Source: an uncultured Verrucomicrobiae bacterium (GTDB lineage: Bacteria; Verrucomicrobiota; Verrucomicrobiia; Chthoniobacterales; UBA10450). From it: a stretch of 64,000 nt of DNA. A program made the position numbers and the translations under genes. The stretch spans positions 128,001 to 192,000 of the forward strand of contig CAVWPA010000001.1 of NCBI GenBank assembly GCA_963756875.1, in the 5' to 3' direction. Below, piece by piece: positions 1 through 8,786 of the stretch. Under the pieces are notes generated by a model. The model saw only the letters and a program-made list of their open reading frames with translations. It did no database searches and was not told the DNA's origin. How positions within the stretch are numbered: the stretch's first letter is position 1; each line of letters begins with the position of its first letter.

Positions 1-263
1 TCATGGAAAAACGCGGCCCAAAAAAAGTTGCTCTGCGCACTTATGAACGGGGCGTCGAAGACGAAACGCTGGCGTGCGGGACCGGCGTCGTGGCCAGCGC
101 TTTGATCTTTGCCGCGACAGACAAGGTGGACGGACCCATCAGCGTCATCGTGCGCAGCGGAAGCGAGTTAAGCGTCGGCTTCGAGCGAGCGGGAGATGGA
201 TTTCGCAATGTTACGCTCACGGGGCCTGCGGAATTTGTGTTCGAAGGGACCATGGAGATCTAG
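1..263 (+). CDS. dapF: diaminopimelate epimerase, C-terminal part (truncated by window start)
   Basis: RTYERGVEDETLACGTG motif and C-terminal LTGPA..VFEG; directly upstream of dapA. Confidence 0.93.
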   Translation, partial: MEKRGPKKVALRTYERGVEDETLACGTGVVASALIFAATDKVDGPISVIVRSGSELSVGFERAGDGFRNVTLTGPAEFVFEGTMEI

Positions 264-272
264 AAAAAAAGT

Positions 273-298
273 GCGACGGTCATAGACCGCCGCTACAG
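273..298. repeat. REP-like palindromic unit (GCGACGGTCATAGACCGCCGCTACAG)
   Basis: Identical copy at 2213-2238; the reverse complement has a GTAG-led hairpin. Confidence 0.75.
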
Positions 299-305
299 CA
301 AAGCA

Positions 306-1184
306 ATGTTTCACGGTACCTTCACTGCTCTGGTTACTCCCTTTCGCAACGGCGCGATCGATCTTTCGGCGCTGGAAAAATTGATCGAGCAGCAGATCGC
401 CGCCGGAATCACCGGCATCGTCGCGGTCGGTACCACGGGTGAATCGCCGACGCTCACACATGAGGAACGGGAAAAAGTCATTCAAACTGCGGTGAAAGTT
501 GCAAATGGCAGGTGCCAGGTCCTTGCGGGGACCGGTTCCTACTCGACCCGCGACGCAATCGAAGCGACCAGGGCGGCTGAAAAAACCGGCGTCGATGGAG
601 TGTTAGTGGTCTCGCCATATTACAACAAGCCGAGCCAGGAAGGGCTCTTCCGCCATTTTCAGGCGATTGCTCAAGCCACGCCGCTATCGATCCTGCTCTA
701 TAATATACCCGGCCGATGCGGCGTGGATATCGGTCCTGAGACAGTGGCCCGACTTGCGGAATCGTGTCGCACGATCGTTTCGATCAAGGAAGCCGGCGGC
801 AATGTCGAGCGGGTAAGCGAATTGCGACGGCGCCTGCCGGATTCATTTACCATCTTGAGCGGCGACGATTCACTGACTCTGCCATTCATGTCGGTCGGCG
901 CGGCCGGCGTGGTCAGTGTGGCTTCGAATTTATTTCCGGCGGAGATTTGTGCACTGGTTCGCGCTTATGAAGCGGGCGATGCGAAAACGGCGGAGAAGTT
1001 GCATCGGCGATTGTTCCCGCTTTTCAAAGATCTGTTCATCGAGCCGAACCCGGTGCCAGTAAAAGCGGCGCTTGGCTGGCGCGGGGCGATGTCGGGGGAG
1101 GTTCGCCTGCCTTTGTGCGAAATGAGCGAGGCCAATCAAGCGCGCCTGCGCAAAACGCTGGAACAATTCGAGCGGGGCAAGTAA
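306..1184 (+). CDS. dapA: 4-hydroxy-tetrahydrodipicolinate synthase
   Basis: GTTGESPTL, PYYNKPSQEGL, LYNIPGR, IKEA, NPVPVK motifs. Confidence 0.97.
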   Translation: MFHGTFTALVTPFRNGAIDLSALEKLIEQQIAAGITGIVAVGTTGESPTLTHEEREKVIQTAVKVANGRCQVLAGTGSYSTRDAIEATRAAEKTGVDGVLVVSPYYNKPSQEGLFRHFQAIAQATPLSILLYNIPGRCGVDIGPETVARLAESCRTIVSIKEAGGNVERVSELRRRLPDSFTILSGDDSLTLPFMSVGAAGVVSVASNLFPAEICALVRAYEAGDAKTAEKLHRRLFPLFKDLFIEPNPVPVKAALGWRGAMSGEVRLPLCEMSEANQARLRKTLEQFERGK

Positions 1185-1216
1185 GGCCGCGCTTCTGTCG
1201 CGCGCGAAGCGTTTTC

Positions 1217-1356
1217 TCTGGGGAGCACAGGCTGCCAGCCTGTCGTTGGCGGCAGGCTGCCGCCAGCAATTCTCCCCGCGCCGCGAGTTCGAACTCCGAA
1301 CAGATGCGTTCGGCAAGCTGCCGAACGCTACAGGCTGGCAGCCTGTGCTCCCCAGA
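1217..1356. repeat. long inverted-repeat intergenic element (REP/BIME-like)
   Basis: TGGGGAGCACAGGCTGCCAGCCTGT ... ACAGGCTGGCAGCCTGTGCTCCCCA terminal inverted arms with internal hairpins. Confidence 0.8.
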
Positions 1357-1439
1357 ACCCAAACCAGAGGGGCCGCCAGCCGGGGCGGGCGCCACCTCTT
1401 TCTTGCAAACGTCGGAGGCAGGCTGAGAGTTTCGCCGCC

Positions 1440-2174
1440 ATGAAGGAATCTCGCGTTCGCGTGCTGCTTGTTGGATCGGCCGGCCGCATGGGGAAAACGA
1501 TTGCCGATGTCGCCAGGCAACATCCGGATATCGATATCGTGGCCTCATGCGATGTGGGCGATCCGCTTGAGCCGGCGATTTCGCACGCCAACGTCGTGAT
1601 CGATTTCAGTCACGCCGGCGCGATCGGCGAAATTTGTCGCGTCGCGTCGCAACATAAACAGCCAGTGGTCATCGGCACGACCGGGCATTCGACGGAGCAA
1701 CTTCGCCAGATCGAAAAATGCGCCGAATCGGTCCCGGTAGTTCTTGCATCCAATTTCAGCGTTGGAGTGAATGCTCTCTTCTGGCTTACGCGCAAAGCGG
1801 CGAAAATGCTCGGGCCGGAGTTCGATATCGAGATCGTCGAGATGCATCACCGTATGAAAAAGGACGCGCCAAGCGGGACGGCCAAGACATTGGCGGAGAT
1901 TTTAAAAGAGGCGCGAAAGATCGGCAATATCCGCCATGGACGGGAAGGCAATGTTGGCGAGCGCGCCGGCGACGAGATCGGCATTCATTCTATTCGTGGC
2001 GGCGACGTGGTTGGCGATCACACCGTGATCTTCGCCGGGGCGGGCGAACGCCTCGAGCTGACACATCGAGCGAGCCGTCGCGAAACATTTGCGCATGGCG
2101 CCTTGCGCGCCGCGCAATGGATCATCGGAAAACCGCCCGGGCTCTACACGATGGGAGATGTGCTGGGACTTTGA
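1440..2174 (+). CDS. dapB: 4-hydroxy-tetrahydrodipicolinate reductase
   Basis: GRMG Rossmann motif, IGTTG, EMHHRMKKDAPSGTA, FAHGALRAA. Confidence 0.97.
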   Translation: MKESRVRVLLVGSAGRMGKTIADVARQHPDIDIVASCDVGDPLEPAISHANVVIDFSHAGAIGEICRVASQHKQPVVIGTTGHSTEQLRQIEKCAESVPVVLASNFSVGVNALFWLTRKAAKMLGPEFDIEIVEMHHRMKKDAPSGTAKTLAEILKEARKIGNIRHGREGNVGERAGDEIGIHSIRGGDVVGDHTVIFAGAGERLELTHRASRRETFAHGALRAAQWIIGKPPGLYTMGDVLGL

Positions 2175-2177
2175 ATT

Positions 2178-2238
2178 TGTAGCGGCGCTCTATGAGCGTC
2201 GGAAGAATTAATGCGACGGTCATAGACCGCCGCTACAG
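2178..2238. repeat. inverted pair of GTAG-type REP-like units
   Basis: TGTAGCGGCGCTCTATGAGCGTCG ... GCGACGGTCATAGACCGCCGCTACA. Confidence 0.75.
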
Positions 2239-2264
2239 ATGAATAAGTTGCGGCGACGTGAAAT

Positions 2265-2777
2265 ATGAGAACGGGTGTTGCGCTTGGATCCAATCTCGGT
2301 GATCGCCTCACCAATTTGCGCGCTGCGCTAAAAGCAATCGTGACCCTGGACGGCGTCATGCCGCCGGTTCTGGCGTCGCCCGTTTATGAGACCGAGCCGG
2401 TCGATTGTGAGCCCGGAGCCGGAAAATTCCTGAATGCGGTCATCGAGTTCGATTACAGGAGTGATCCGGGGGAATTGCTCGGGAAGCTGGCGCAAATCGA
2501 GGAGTCGCTGGGCAGGGAGCGTCATCCTGTTCGGAATGTCTCGCGTCGAATCGATATCGACCTTCTTTACTGCGGAACGCTGGAGATCGACAATGAAACG
2601 TTGCGCCTGCCACATCCGCGTATGCCCCGGCGACGATTCGTTCTTCAACCGCTGGCGGATATTCGGCCGGAATTGGTCCTGCCCGGACAGACAAAAACTG
2701 TGGGCGAGCTGCTCGCGCAGCTCGATGAATCGAGTAAAGTGGTGCGCCTGGACGGAAACAACTGGCTGCTTCCATGA
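2265..2777 (+). CDS. folK: 2-amino-4-hydroxy-6-hydroxymethyldihydropteridine diphosphokinase
   Basis: ALGSNLGDR, YETEP, FLNAV, RRIDIDLL, LPHPRM..RRFVL.PL. Confidence 0.96.
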   Translation: MRTGVALGSNLGDRLTNLRAALKAIVTLDGVMPPVLASPVYETEPVDCEPGAGKFLNAVIEFDYRSDPGELLGKLAQIEESLGRERHPVRNVSRRIDIDLLYCGTLEIDNETLRLPHPRMPRRRFVLQPLADIRPELVLPGQTKTVGELLAQLDESSKVVRLDGNNWLLP

Positions 2778-3562
2778 AAGACTTTCGCGAGATGAAAAAG
2801 CGAGGTGAGAAAATCACCGCGCTGACCGCTTACGATTATCCGACGGCGCGGTTGTTGGATGAGAGCGGGATCGACATCATCCTGGTCGGCGATTCGCTGG
2901 GTATGGTCGTGCTCGGTTACGACGATACAACACAGGTAACGCTCGATGAGATGTTGCATCACACTCGCGCGGTGGCCCGCGGAGTGAAGCGGGCGTTGCT
3001 GGTGGCCGATATGCCGATTCATTCCTATGAGACTCCGGAAATGGCGTTGGCGACGGCGAAACGGCTCGTCGATGCGGGCGCGCAGGCGGTGAAGCTCGAG
3101 GGAGGCGCCAGTCACGTCGCCCAGATCGAGGCGATCACGCGGGCCGGGATCCCGTTCATGGCGCATATCGGCATGCTGCCTCAAAGCGTTCGCCAGGAAG
3201 GCGGCTACAAGGTGAAAGGCAAGACGCAACCGGAAGCTGATGCGCTCATTGAGGATGCGCGCGCCGTGGAAAATGCCGGCGCATTTTCCGTCGTCCTCGA
3301 AATCGTGACTGCCGATCTCGCCCGGCTCATCACAGCGGCGATCGGCATTCCCACTATCGGGATCGGGTCCGGCGAGCATTGCGACGGCCAAATTTTGGTC
3401 ACGCACGATCTGATCGGGCTGTTCCCGTGGTTCACCCCGAAGTTTGTGTCACCGGAAGCGCGCGTAGCCGATGAGATCCGGAACGCAGCCCGGGCATTCA
3501 TAGAACGAACGCGCGGCGGAAGCGCGTTGTCTAATCGAAACAACCAGTTGCAGGCGGGATGA
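2774..3562 (+). CDS. panB: 3-methyl-2-oxobutanoate hydroxymethyltransferase
   Basis: LTAYD, LVGDSLGMV, AVKLEGG, TIGIGSG..CDGQILV; ATGA overlap with folK. Confidence 0.97.
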   Translation: MKDFREMKKRGEKITALTAYDYPTARLLDESGIDIILVGDSLGMVVLGYDDTTQVTLDEMLHHTRAVARGVKRALLVADMPIHSYETPEMALATAKRLVDAGAQAVKLEGGASHVAQIEAITRAGIPFMAHIGMLPQSVRQEGGYKVKGKTQPEADALIEDARAVENAGAFSVVLEIVTADLARLITAAIGIPTIGIGSGEHCDGQILVTHDLIGLFPWFTPKFVSPEARVADEIRNAARAFIERTRGGSALSNRNNQLQAG

Positions 3563-4647
3563 GAGTTTCCGATTTCCAGGATATCGACGACATCGAGCAT
3601 GAGGCACTTCTGACCGGCAGCCAGCAGCGCAGCTGGATTTGGTTCGGGTTGCTTGTTTCGTTGTCTCTGCACGTTGCGCTTTGCGCCTATTTTTACCGTA
3701 CCCGCTTCGAGCCGGCTGTGGCGATGATGTACCAAGGCAGGGAAACTCCCCTGTTTCATGTCAAGCGGGTCGACCTGAAAGAGCAGGACCTGGACAAAGC
3801 CAGCATGGATCAAACGAACGCGGCGGCAAAGCCCGAGCCGGACAAGACCGACGTGCAGTTGCCCAAGGAAAAGAAATCGTTCGAGAAACTACTGGAAGAC
3901 GTCCGGGCCAGCTCTGCGATGCCGGACGATGTGCGCGATGCGTTGCCGGACCAGCCCAAAGTGGAGCAGACCAACGTGAATTCCGTTATCAATGAGATCG
4001 AGCGTACGACCGACCAGAGTCTATCGAGCGATCCGAACGCGACCCGCCCGCAATCTTTATTGAGCGACAGCGCTGTCTCGGGCCGGCCCCAACCGGCGCT
4101 GAGCGGGACGGAGCTGGCGACGAGCACGATCATCAAGAGGCCGAATAATTTCACCAGCAGAATCCCCGGAGACAGCGCCGGTCCGAACAAGAAGGGAGCG
4201 CCCGGTTTCAGCGACATCGATCAGCTTCTGTCGCAGAAAGGGCCGTTGGGATCGGGAACGCAAATTCGGATGCCGGACGACCAGTTGTTTGGGTTCGACA
4301 GCGCGGAGCTGCGGCCCTCGGAGATTTTGCAAAAGCTTGTTATGCTGCTGAAGCGGAACCCGAAAGCGACATTTACGATCGAAGGCTATACCGATTCGAT
4401 CGGGACGGACGAATACAATCTCGACTTGAGCCAGCGTCGCGCCGACAGCGTGAAGCAATATTTGGTGGGCTTGCTCGGAATCGACCCGGCGCAGATCGAG
4501 ACGCGCGGTTACGGGGCAAGGCGGTTTCTGGTTCCGCCGCGTCCGTTCGCGCTGAATGCTTCGCAAGCGGACCTGGACACGGAGATCCAGCGCCAGCGTC
4601 TGAACCGCCGGGTCGTGATCGTGGTAAACACGAACGAGAAACGGTAG
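3559..4647 (+). CDS. membrane-anchored OmpA-family (peptidoglycan-binding) protein
   Basis: N-terminal TM helix; C-terminal LFGFDSA, IEGYTDSIG..YNLDLSQRRADSVK, NRRV. Confidence 0.88.
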   Translation: MRVSDFQDIDDIEHEALLTGSQQRSWIWFGLLVSLSLHVALCAYFYRTRFEPAVAMMYQGRETPLFHVKRVDLKEQDLDKASMDQTNAAAKPEPDKTDVQLPKEKKSFEKLLEDVRASSAMPDDVRDALPDQPKVEQTNVNSVINEIERTTDQSLSSDPNATRPQSLLSDSAVSGRPQPALSGTELATSTIIKRPNNFTSRIPGDSAGPNKKGAPGFSDIDQLLSQKGPLGSGTQIRMPDDQLFGFDSAELRPSEILQKLVMLLKRNPKATFTIEGYTDSIGTDEYNLDLSQRRADSVKQYLVGLLGIDPAQIETRGYGARRFLVPPRPFALNASQADLDTEIQRQRLNRRVVIVVNTNEKR

Positions 4648-4659
4648 GGAGTGATCGAT

Positions 4660-4696
4660 TGCGGAGTGCGGAGTGTGGAGTGTGGAGTGTGGATTG
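4660..4696. repeat. heptamer tandem repeat (GGAGTG[C/T])n
   Basis: gcggagtgcggagtgtggagtgtggagtgtggattg. Confidence 0.8.
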
Positions 4697-4712
4697 CCAA
4701 ATCCTCGATCAG

Positions 4713-4805
4713 GTAGGGACGCACCTCCGGGGCGTCTGTGATATTCGGGATCGCATTGACGGAGAAGAAGAGAATTAGTCGGACATCTCGGAGAGATGTC
4801 CCTAC
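4713..4805. repeat. GTAG-type inverted REP pair
   Basis: GTAGGGACGCACCTCCGGGGCGTC ... GACATCTCGGAGAGATGTCCCTAC; overlaps the pseudopilin stop codon. Confidence 0.65.
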
Positions 4806-5493
4806 CAGTTTGTGATCCACTGATTTCGATCGGCCGCGCTTCCGCTTGTTGTGCCGCCGGTGCTCCACAGATCAAAGGTTGGATTGTAACCCGCTGCGGA
4901 GCCGGCATTTGGATTTGCATCTGGATCTTTGAAGTCGAATACCCGTAGCTGTTCCCGAACGGGTCGCTTATAGAAGTGACTTTGTTCGAGGAGCTGACAG
5001 GCGTCGAACGGGTTTGCCTTCGCCAGCATTTGCGGCTTGAACGAAATATATGTCTTCGTCGCGGTAGAACTCCCATCGTGTGTGGTGTCTCCCGTTAGGG
5101 CCTTGTATAGATCTAGCGTTGCATTGGCGTAACTCCCGTTAACCGGATCGTTGTTAACGGGCCCCGTCGCTGCTAGCGAAACCGTGTTTGTGCGTCGCTC
5201 GGGTAAACCCCGTTATCGGCCTTGTAACTTTCGCACGCGGCGGATATGGCGGCGATTTCCGTTTCGGCGCGGGAACGCGCGCCTTTTTTCTGCACGTAGC
5301 CGGTGGTGCTCAGAATCAATCCGGCCAGGATGATGATGACAGTAATGACGACGAGCAGTTCGATGAGGGTGAACGCAGCTGCGCCTTCGGCGCGAAATGA
5401 CGAATGACGAATGGCGAATGACGAAGGAATTTTAAAATGACGAGTGTTGAAGAGTTCCCGGTTTGAGTTCGTCATTAATTTGGCATTCGTCAT
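4802..5493 (-). pseudogene. type II secretion/type IV pilin-like protein (GspG-like), split over several frames
   Basis: Prepilin motif AFTLIELLVVI..I.ILAG in 5173-5493; DPFGNSYGY and GYNPTFDLWS.G in other frames; frameshifts may be sequencing errors. Confidence 0.8.
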
Positions 5494-5510
5494 TCGTGCT
5501 TTGTCATTTC
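5396..5510. repeat. inverted heptamer arrays (AATGACG)n/(CGTCATT)n overlapping the prepilin leader
   Basis: aatgacgaatgacgaatggcgaatgacgaa ... ttcgtcatt ... cattcgtcattcg. Confidence 0.7.
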
Positions 5511-5523
5511 CGCCTTTAGCGGA

Positions 5524-6816
5524 TCACGTTTGCTCCTGCAAACCGCTGATGATGCTGATCAGCGGCATGAACAGTGCGATCACGATCGTTCCCACGATGA
5601 GCGCGAGGAAAACGATCATGATCGGCTCGAGCGCCGCGGTCATCGCGGCCACGGAATTATCGACTTCGTCGTCGTAAACATCGGCGACTTTCAAAAGCAT
5701 ATCGGGCAGTTGACCTGTTTCCTCGCCGACGTCGATCATGCTGATGACCATTGGCGGAAAGGCGCCGCTTGCCTCGAGCGGTTGCACGATCGATTCGCCT
5801 TCCTTCACCCTGTCGTGCACTTTGCTGATCGCGTCTGCGATGACCGTGTTGCCGGCGGTGTCCCGGGTTATATGGAGCGCCTGTAAAATCGGCACACCGC
5901 TGGTGACCAGCGTCCCAAGCGTGCGCGAGAAACGAGAGATCGCGGTTTTCCGAATCACATCTCCAAAAAGAGGAAGGCGAAGTTTTACCCGGTCGATGGT
6001 CAACCTCCCGCGCGTTGTTCGGTTGGCAAACTTGTATCCGGCGACAAGCGCGATGATCGCTCCGAGCAAAACCAGCCAGTGGCCCTGCACAAACCGGCTC
6101 GTGCCGATGACGAAGCGCGTAACCGTTGGCAACGGTTTGTCGCCGAGCATGTCGTGAAAGATCGCCTCGAACTTCGGCACGATGAACACGAGCAGAAAGC
6201 TCAGAATAACGATGGCGAGCATCACCACAATGAGCGGATAGACCATCGCGGCGATGACCTTGTTTTTAATTTTTGCGGCTTTTTCCTGAAATTCAGCCAA
6301 CCGGCCCAGCACCAGTTCAAGCACGCCACCGAGCTCGCCCGCTTTCACCATGTTGACATACAGGTTGTTAAAAATGCGCGGATGCTGCGCCAGGCTCTCC
6401 GAGAATGTGCCGCCCCCTTGGACGCCGTCGGCGAGCTTGTTGATCGTCCTTTTCAGAACCGGGTCACGTTCCTGCTTGGCTAAAACGTTGAGGCCGCGCA
6501 ACAACGGCAAACCGGAGTCGACCAGTGTCGCCAGCTGGCGCGTAAAGATCATCAAGATCTTCGGCTTTACGGTCTTTCGCTGGAAAAGCGTGATTTCCTT
6601 GCTGGCCAGACCGGTCCGCGCGGGGCGCGCGGTTTTCGCCGCCTTTCGGGCCGCCTTGCCATCGGGACCGCCGCCTTTGCCTTCCTCATAGACACTGGTC
6701 GGGAAATAGCCCGCCTGGCGAAGTTGACCGATGGCCTCGTTGGTCGATCCGGCTTCAACCAGGCCTGTCGATTCCTGCCCGCGAGCATCGAGAGCTACGT
6801 AAGTGTAACGCGGCAT
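5524..6816 (-). CDS. pilC: type IV pilus/T2SS inner-membrane platform protein (PilC/GspF)
   Basis: FTRQLATLVDSGLPL, YVNMVKAGELGG, GEETGQL, LEPIMIV. Confidence 0.93.
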   Translation of the reverse strand: MPRYTYVALDARGQESTGLVEAGSTNEAIGQLRQAGYFPTSVYEEGKGGGPDGKAARKAAKTARPARTGLASKEITLFQRKTVKPKILMIFTRQLATLVDSGLPLLRGLNVLAKQERDPVLKRTINKLADGVQGGGTFSESLAQHPRIFNNLYVNMVKAGELGGVLELVLGRLAEFQEKAAKIKNKVIAAMVYPLIVVMLAIVILSFLLVFIVPKFEAIFHDMLGDKPLPTVTRFVIGTSRFVQGHWLVLLGAIIALVAGYKFANRTTRGRLTIDRVKLRLPLFGDVIRKTAISRFSRTLGTLVTSGVPILQALHITRDTAGNTVIADAISKVHDRVKEGESIVQPLEASGAFPPMVISMIDVGEETGQLPDMLLKVADVYDDEVDNSVAAMTAALEPIMIVFLALIVGTIVIALFMPLISIISGLQEQT

Positions 6817-6825
6817 AAACCTAAG

Positions 6826-6904
6826 CCACAGATTGACACAGATGAAACACAGATTGAAGGCAAATCCATTTCTGAATCCGTGAAAATCTGTGTTCGTCTG
6901 TGGC
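6826..6904. repeat. intergenic inverted repeat built of CACAGAT units
   Basis: gccacagattgacacagatgaaacacagat ... atctgtgttcgtctgtggc. Confidence 0.65.
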
Positions 6905-8593
6905 TCATGTATATTTTAGGACTTCCTCGATGGTGGTGTCACCGGCGAAAATGCTGCGCAAACCGTCCTGGCGCAGGGTGACCATGCCGAGCTCGATCGC
7001 CTTTTGCTTGAGGACGACCGTTGGCGCGCGCTCATTAATTAATTCGCGAACCGGATCGGTGATCTTCATCAATTCGTAAATGCCTTTACGGCCCCTGTAT
7101 CCGGTGTGGTTGCAGACGTCGCAGCCCTTACCGTAAAAGAATTGCCGGTCACCGATTTGGCGCCGCGACAGTTCCAATTGCGCGAGCAGCGATTCGCTCG
7201 GCTGGTAGGTGGCGCGACAATTTGAGCAGATGCTGCGCAGCAGGCGTTGGCCGAGCACCGCTTCCAATGTTGACGAAATTAGGAACGGCTCGACGCCCAT
7301 GTCGATTAAACGCGTGATTGCGCCTGGCGCATCGTTCGTGTGCAGCGTGGTAAAGACGAGGTGTCCGGTGAGCGAAGCCTGGATGGAGATTTGGGCCGTT
7401 TCGAGATCGCGCGTTTCACCGACCATGATGCGATCGGGGTCCTGCCGCAAAAACGCGCGCAAGATGCGGGCAAAGGTAAGGTCGATGGCATCGTTCACGG
7501 GCACTTGCACGATGCCTTCCAGGTCGTATTCGACCGGTTCTTCCGCGGTGAGCAATTTGGAATCGATCGTGTTGATCTTGCGCAAACAGGAATAAAGCGT
7601 GGTGGTTTTTCCCGAACCGGTCGGCCCGGTTACGATGAAAATTCCATTCGGTCGCTCGATGATTTCCAGGATGTAATCGTGAATGTAGTCGGGCATGCCG
7701 AGCATCTCGAGATCGAGATTCACGGTGGAGCGATCGAGCACCCGCAGGACGACGCTCTCGCCAAACTGTGTTGGCAAAGTGGAGACGCGAAGGTCGACTG
7801 GACGTCCCGCGATGTTTTTCTGAATGCGGCCATCCTGGGGCAGTCGGCGTTCTGCGATGTTCATGTTCGCCATGACTTTGACGCGCGAAATCACCGGCAA
7901 CGCAAGATGTCGCGGCGGTGGAGACATTTCATAAAGCGCGCCATCGACACGGTAGCGAATTTTGAATTCGTTCTCGAACGGTTCGAAATGAATGTCGCTG
8001 GCGCGGTCCTGGATGGCCTGATACAAAATCAGATCGACAAAGCGAATGATCGGCGTGGCGTTCGCTTCGGCTTCAACCGCTGCGGCTGTCTCCCCATCGC
8101 CGCGGATCTGCAACATATCCCCGGCTTCGCCGAGTTGTTTGAGCACCTCTTCCATACTGGAGGTGTCGGTGCCGTAAAACTCCTTGATTCGCTCTTCGAT
8201 CTGCTCGGTCGGGGCGACAACAACATCGACGTTCTTGCCCAACGCGAAGCGCAGATCTTCCGCCGCGCTCGGATCGATCGGATCGGCCAACGCAACGCGC
8301 AAAGTGTTTCCGCTCATTCCGATAGGCAACGCGCGGTGCAGCCGGGCGAGGCCGCTTGGAATCAATTTCAGGACGGCAGGCGGAATTTCTCTGTCTTTCA
8401 GATCGACATATTCAGTGCCGAGCGCTGCGGCGATGGTCTGGTAAAAGCCGTGTTCGTCGACGAATCCACCATCGATCATTGCCTGCTCAATCGTTTTTCC
8501 GTTCAGCTGCGCTTCGCTGAGCACATCTTCCGCCTGCGACGGCTGCAAGACGTGTTGCTCGATGAAAAGTTCGGCGACCTGTTTATCGTTCAT
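6905..8593 (-). CDS. pilB: GspE/PilB-family assembly ATPase (paralogue 2)
   Basis: ASDIHFEP, AERRLPQDGR, GPTGSGKTTT, LRQDPD, GHLVFTTLHTN, CxxC zinc motifs; start set at MNDKQ (8593). Confidence 0.92.
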   Translation of the reverse strand: MNDKQVAELFIEQHVLQPSQAEDVLSEAQLNGKTIEQAMIDGGFVDEHGFYQTIAAALGTEYVDLKDREIPPAVLKLIPSGLARLHRALPIGMSGNTLRVALADPIDPSAAEDLRFALGKNVDVVVAPTEQIEERIKEFYGTDTSSMEEVLKQLGEAGDMLQIRGDGETAAAVEAEANATPIIRFVDLILYQAIQDRASDIHFEPFENEFKIRYRVDGALYEMSPPPRHLALPVISRVKVMANMNIAERRLPQDGRIQKNIAGRPVDLRVSTLPTQFGESVVLRVLDRSTVNLDLEMLGMPDYIHDYILEIIERPNGIFIVTGPTGSGKTTTLYSCLRKINTIDSKLLTAEEPVEYDLEGIVQVPVNDAIDLTFARILRAFLRQDPDRIMVGETRDLETAQISIQASLTGHLVFTTLHTNDAPGAITRLIDMGVEPFLISSTLEAVLGQRLLRSICSNCRATYQPSESLLAQLELSRRQIGDRQFFYGKGCDVCNHTGYRGRKGIYELMKITDPVRELINERAPTVVLKQKAIELGMVTLRQDGLRSIFAGDTTIEEVLKYT

Positions 8594-8632
8594 GAGGCGG
8601 TTGAAGCGGGAGATCGTTGAACCGTAAATCCG

Positions 8633-8752
8633 GGGAGCGCACGCGCCTCGCGTGCAGCGTTCGGCGCCCTCGCCGGACGCACCTTTGGGGTCAGCTGCAA
8701 TGGTTCGCGGCGAGGGCGCCGCGAACGGCACGCGAGGGCGCGTGCGCTTTCC
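8633..8752. repeat. inverted-repeat intergenic element (GGAGCGCACGCG family)
   Basis: GGGAGCGCACGCGCCTCGCGTGC ... GCACGCGAGGGCGCGTGCGCTTTCC; related unit at 27568. Confidence 0.8.
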
Positions 8753-8786
8753 GTAAAGCCTGCGAGGTGCGCGATCGGAGTCATAA

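Noticed and set aside
7340..8620. Long antisense or alternate-frame ORFs (e.g. 7340-8620, 11697-12599, 2645-3406, 4057-5076)
   Set aside because: They are shadow ORFs of GC-rich genes with no recognisable motifs, apart from a short pilin fragment within 4057-5076.
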